Shown here piece after piece: positions 59,808 to 64,000 of a DNA stretch of 64,000 bases (positions are counted from its first letter, which is position 1; each line of letters begins with the position of its first letter). The DNA comes from Candidatus Methanoperedenaceae archaeon (lineage in GTDB: Archaea > Halobacteriota > Methanosarcinia > Methanosarcinales > Methanoperedenaceae), in contig CAVWCX010000036.1 of NCBI GenBank assembly GCA_963753595.1, positions 32,001 to 96,000 of the forward strand, given 5' to 3'. A program made the translations under genes and the position numbers. Below the pieces are notes generated by a model. That model saw only the letters and a program-made list of their open reading frames with translations. It made no database searches and was not told the origin of the DNA.

Positions 59808-60938
59808 ATGGTCAGGAAAAGTAATATTAAGAACGAAGAGATAGAAGAAAACAAAGATATTTTCAAGATATGGGCTGGCGGTTATACAGCAGTTTCTAAA
59901 ATGTGGGAAGATTCTTACAAAAAGGTATACCGGCCCTGGCTTGAATCCACTGGAGAGATGTTTGACAAAACAGCTCTTCTCTCAAAAGAAGCCGCGCCAC
60001 AGAAATACACGGAATTTTATGATGAATGGATCAAAACATACCAGAATACTTTTGGTAAACTTTACCCGATCCCAACACCACAATCCAATAAAGAAATAAT
60101 TGAGAAATTCTTATCAAGGACCGATGAATCAAACAAACTGATCAAGTCGTGGATTGACGAGTTAGAAGAAAATTTCAGGAAAACAAAAGATATACTCGGG
60201 GATGAACCGGATCCTGCAAAATATAAGGAATGCAATGATCTCTGGATGAAGTCTTATGAAAAAATATTCGAAAATCTCCTGAAACTACCTTCTGAAAAAA
60301 ATACAAAAGAGTTGTTTGGGGAATACGCTGGAATATCTGATTTCTACCAGGATGGCTTTTTGCAGTTGTCAAAATTATGGAAGAGATCATATACGCAGAT
60401 TTGCGAGCCAATGAATGAATCCATGCTGAAACTTTCTGAGAAAATGTCAGATATCTCACAGGGGGATGCAAGTCCTGAAAGCTATAAGGAATTTTATAGC
60501 TTGTGGGTAGATGCCCAGAAAGAAATATTTGAAAAGTATGGAAAGTCCAACGAACTTTCCAGGGAAATGTTTGAGAATTTTATAGGGGCCACTGATATTT
60601 ATCTGGGCATGTACAAGTCATGGATAGCAGCGCTGGAAGAAATATCGGGTAAAGCCCAGGAGTTGTCAAAACAAAGCACTGGAACGGAAACATATAATAA
60701 ATTTTATAATCTCTGGATGAAGACCTATGAAAAGGCTTTTGAGGGATTTTTTGAGGAAATTCCGGCGGCAGGACCTATGAAGGAGATTGTGGGGCCCATA
60801 AAGACCATGACCAGAATGTATACGGATACATTTTCAAGGATGTCAAACATGTGGATGAGCTCAGGAGCAAGCCCGGGAGTTAGTGCAGCATCAGCATATC
60901 CTGGAAAGAATAAACACAGAGGGATTCACCCGTCTTAA
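59808..60938 (+). CDS. PhaE-like helical protein (PHA synthase subunit E type), internally repeated
   Basis: Repeated Y.EFY..W...Y...F motif; no catalytic motifs. Confidence 0.6.
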   Translation: MVRKSNIKNEEIEENKDIFKIWAGGYTAVSKMWEDSYKKVYRPWLESTGEMFDKTALLSKEAAPQKYTEFYDEWIKTYQNTFGKLYPIPTPQSNKEIIEKFLSRTDESNKLIKSWIDELEENFRKTKDILGDEPDPAKYKECNDLWMKSYEKIFENLLKLPSEKNTKELFGEYAGISDFYQDGFLQLSKLWKRSYTQICEPMNESMLKLSEKMSDISQGDASPESYKEFYSLWVDAQKEIFEKYGKSNELSREMFENFIGATDIYLGMYKSWIAALEEISGKAQELSKQSTGTETYNKFYNLWMKTYEKAFEGFFEEIPAAGPMKEIVGPIKTMTRMYTDTFSRMSNMWMSSGASPGVSAASAYPGKNKHRGIHPS

Positions 60939-60968
60939 GGCGGGAAAAATCCATTTTTTTTTACAATA

Positions 60969-61733
60969 TTATATCAAAAGCAGCCCCTTTTGCCAGTCAT
61001 TGGTTATTTTCATAGCCGCCCTATCTTCATCCACTTCACCCTTCTTCTTCAGGAAGTTGCACTCTTTTCCGATCAGCAGAAGTACATCATAAGAATCCTG
61101 TCCTTCTATTGTCACATGGTATAAGGATTCCAGGGCAGTTTTATTCTCAGCGCATAACTTCTCTATTATCTTCATGGCTACTCCTACCTTATCCCGCAGG
61201 TGTGTTGCATCCTTAACACCAAGAAGTCCCTGGATATACTCATCGTTCTCACCAAATGGTATCACACCCGGCGTATCCATAAACATGATGCGTGAACCTG
61301 CATCCACAAGTTGAACTCCTCTTGTGAAACCTGATATCGGGGACGTCCTGGCCGAATGCCTGCCTGATACGCCATTTATCACAGATGATTTACCCGTATT
61401 GGGATAACCAATGGAACCCACCAGTATGTCACGCCCTTTTATGCCTGCGATCTCAAGGATCTTGTGTCTTAACAAAGTTGTCCCGAACTTTTCCTGGGTA
61501 GACACAAAGACCGTGGGTGCGATCTTTGACAATCGGGATTTGGTTTTTTCAAGTGTTTCCTTTGACACAAGATCGCATTTGTTGATGACTATTATGAAAG
61601 GTTTATTTGCCCGCGATATATCTCGTTCAACCTCGCTGTTCCGTGTTTCGTCCGGAAACCTGGCATCTATTACTTCAAGAAGAATATCCGCTTTTTTTAT
61701 AACATCTTTTACCATCAACTTGTAGCTTGCCAT
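60969..61733 (-). CDS. Circularly permuted YlqF/RbgA-family GTPase
   Basis: DAR.P, NKCD, GYPNTGKSS, DTPG in G4-G1-G3 order. Confidence 0.92.
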   Translation of the reverse strand: MASYKLMVKDVIKKADILLEVIDARFPDETRNSEVERDISRANKPFIIVINKCDLVSKETLEKTKSRLSKIAPTVFVSTQEKFGTTLLRHKILEIAGIKGRDILVGSIGYPNTGKSSVINGVSGRHSARTSPISGFTRGVQLVDAGSRIMFMDTPGVIPFGENDEYIQGLLGVKDATHLRDKVGVAMKIIEKLCAENKTALESLYHVTIEGQDSYDVLLLIGKECNFLKKKGEVDEDRAAMKITNDWQKGLLLI

Positions 61734-61848
61734 GCTCGTGATATTATGCAGGATGATATAAGGATGTATTGTGAGATTAGAAATATTGTGAGATGAGAAA
61801 TAAAAAATAAAAAGTATCAGAAAAAAACATGCGATTAATTTATAAAGG

Positions 61849-61879
61849 TTGTCTACCTGAAGAGAAAAAAAGTTGACAA
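61849..61879 (+). promoter_or_regulatory. BirA-type operator upstream of bioY
   Basis: TTGTCTAC-N15-GTTGACAA just downstream of TTTATAAA. Confidence 0.7.
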
Positions 61880-61891
61880 TGGTGATAAAAT

Positions 61892-62530
61892 ATGTCTGAA
61901 ATCACGAATAGTTTTAAAGATATTTTTACAAAATATGAATCCGCCAAATACGATTTCTTTAAATGGCGCTTTGAATCAAAATTAGAAAATAAACTTGCTC
62001 TTGCATTTGTTTTTGCATGCCTGACAGGAATATTTGCCCAACTAAGGTTCTACCTGCCTTATACACCAGTGCCGGTTACAGGCCAGGTCTTTGCGGTCCT
62101 TCTTTCAGGAGTCATCCTTGGAAAATGGTATGGCGGCATAAGCCAGGGATTATATGCAGTATTAGGCGTTGCCGGAGTTCCATGGTTCACAGGGGGAAAA
62201 GCAGGTTTAGAGATCCTCACAGGAGTCACCGGTGGTTATATAATCGGATTCATTTTTGCTTCATTGATCATCGGCTGGTTCACTGACAGATATATAAAAT
62301 CCAGGAGTTTTGCAGGTCTTTTCAGCCTCATGGTTCTTGGTATTGCGATAATCTACATCTTTGGTGTTGTCCAGCTGTTACTGGTACTTGGAGTTAATGT
62401 ACAAAAAGCCATTGAACTGGGGGCACTGCCATTCATTGGCGTCGATATATACAAGGCATTGATAGTTTCGGCAATAGCTGCTGCGATAGTACCAGGAAAA
62501 GCATACGGGAATGAACTTGATGCGAAATAA
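61892..62530 (+). CDS. bioY: Biotin transporter BioY
   Basis: TPVPVTGQ.F.V.L.G, G.PWF.GG, TGGYIIGF. Confidence 0.93.
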   Translation: MSEITNSFKDIFTKYESAKYDFFKWRFESKLENKLALAFVFACLTGIFAQLRFYLPYTPVPVTGQVFAVLLSGVILGKWYGGISQGLYAVLGVAGVPWFTGGKAGLEILTGVTGGYIIGFIFASLIIGWFTDRYIKSRSFAGLFSLMVLGIAIIYIFGVVQLLLVLGVNVQKAIELGALPFIGVDIYKALIVSAIAAAIVPGKAYGNELDAK

Positions 62531-62548
62531 TACCCGAAAAAAGACCTG

Positions 62549-63433
62549 ATGCCAGTAATAAAAGATATGATTCAGAAAAAAGATATTTCAGCTATTGTAA
62601 AAGAAGTCTCCCTGACTGGCATCAAATCCAATATCCAGCACCTGGCTGGCTATTCCACTCGCTTTACATTCTCAGATAAGGCGGCTCTTGCCAGGGAGTG
62701 GATATATGATCAATTCAGTACACTGGGATATTCTGATGTGACATATCAGGATTTTGTCCTTTGTGACTCATTACAGAAAAATATAGTCTGTACAAAGCAA
62801 GGGAATAGAGAATCGGATAAGATCATTGTTCTTTGCGCACATTATGATTCAACAGGGAAATCGACAACAGGGTGGGACTGGCAAACATGTCCTTCCCCTG
62901 GCGCAAATGATAATGCAAGCGGTGTGGCGGCCATGATTGAGATCGCACGTATCCTCAGTAATATAGATATGAATTATACCATCCGTTTCATTGCCTTTAC
63001 AGGCGAGGAACAGAACCTGTGGGGTTCCAGGGCATACGCAGATCACGCCCTTTCGAATAATATGAATATCGTTTTGGTCATAAATCTTGATGAAATAGGA
63101 TATCCGGATGTAAAGCCTGGATGGAAAGTTATTATTGGGAAGGATCAGGGTAATGGCTCACCTGGAAATACTGCTTCCCAAAAATTTGTGGAAGTGATCC
63201 GACAGGCTGCTTCTTTATATACTGATCTTACCATTAAATTGTCAGATCTCTGGAAAAGCGATCATATGCCTTTTAACTCAGCTGGTTTTACAGTCATTGG
63301 AGTGTGCCAGGCTGGCAGGTACCCCCACAATCATGAGGTAACCGATACTTATGACAATATAGACATTGACTACGTAGTAGAAGTGACCAGAATGACAGCG
63401 GCGACTATAATGCAAGTGGCAGGGATATCGTAA
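62549..63433 (+). CDS. M28-family metallopeptidase
   Basis: AHYDS, GANDNASG, GEEQ, NLDEIG, SDH..F, H..TD. Confidence 0.9.
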   Translation: MPVIKDMIQKKDISAIVKEVSLTGIKSNIQHLAGYSTRFTFSDKAALAREWIYDQFSTLGYSDVTYQDFVLCDSLQKNIVCTKQGNRESDKIIVLCAHYDSTGKSTTGWDWQTCPSPGANDNASGVAAMIEIARILSNIDMNYTIRFIAFTGEEQNLWGSRAYADHALSNNMNIVLVINLDEIGYPDVKPGWKVIIGKDQGNGSPGNTASQKFVEVIRQAASLYTDLTIKLSDLWKSDHMPFNSAGFTVIGVCQAGRYPHNHEVTDTYDNIDIDYVVEVTRMTAATIMQVAGIS

Positions 63434-63897
63434 TGATATACATCGCTGATTCCTCCCTTTTCATTATCGGGAAAAGGATCGAAGGAAATATAATCACAGT
63501 TCCATCAGTTGTTGATGAAATAAGGGATGATAGATCCCGTACTATCCTGGAATTGATGAATGTCAGGATCGAGCCTGTGCTTCAAAGTTTTATCCGGGAA
63601 GTAACAACGAAAGCAAGGGCAAACAGGGATAGTGAAGAACTCTCAAAAACCGATATAGACCTGCTGGCAAAGGCTCTTGAATATACCCGGAATGAAGAGA
63701 CCACGCTCATCAGCGATGATTATGCCGTCCAGAATACTGCGATCCAGCTGGGAATAAAGGTCATGCCGGCAGGGCAGAAAAAGATCAGGGATGTTCTTCA
63801 ATGGGAAAAATTCTGTATCGGATGCAAACGGCGGTTCCCGCAGGGAGATGACTGCCCTGTGTGCGGTACGCCCCTTAAGAAAATGAGAAAGAAATGA
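63433..63897 (+). CDS. nob1: Nob1-family PIN/Zn-ribbon rRNA processing endonuclease
   Basis: IADSS, LSKTD, DDYAVQN, CIGC..CPVCG. Confidence 0.92.
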   Translation: MIYIADSSLFIIGKRIEGNIITVPSVVDEIRDDRSRTILELMNVRIEPVLQSFIREVTTKARANRDSEELSKTDIDLLAKALEYTRNEETTLISDDYAVQNTAIQLGIKVMPAGQKKIRDVLQWEKFCIGCKRRFPQGDDCPVCGTPLKKMRKK

Positions 63898-64000
63898 ATT
63901 TTATAGTCCCGGGCGGACTCAGTATTCTATATGTGGAATCCCCCATAAATTAGAAATAAACCAAAATAAGTCACTTTGCAAAGTTGCAAAGCTTCAAGCT

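Overview
Archaeal chromosomal DNA. Gene content (hdrCB, por operon, rps13-rps4-rps11-rpoD-tRNA-Leu, cdrS-ftsZ2, RbkR-ribB, SMS-type sufCB, phaE-like gene) points to Methanosarcinales, plausibly Ca. Methanoperedens; this is an inference. Most of the window is housekeeping genes, interleaved with five toxin-antitoxin modules, four IS-type elements (ISAzo13, an IS4/IS5-like DDE element, a tnpB-only IS200/IS605 element and an IS1182 nested in its right end) and several palindromic repeats. The best leads are: (1) a tightly coupled operon folP(+C-terminal Prd-like domain)-metV-metF-divergent thiC-CofE/FolC2-like ligase that reads as a folate pathway with an unexplained radical-SAM enzyme; (2) a ~4.5 kb defence-like block that splits a chorismate mutase gene and fuses its start to an HsdS half; (3) a 14-codon Lys-rich micro-ORF with its own promoter, RBS and terminator; (4) Cys-rich micro-ORFs, one coupled to ftsZ2; (5) an IS1182 insertion that cuts the TnpB right-end hairpin. 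All family assignments come from motif recognition by eye; no database searches were run.
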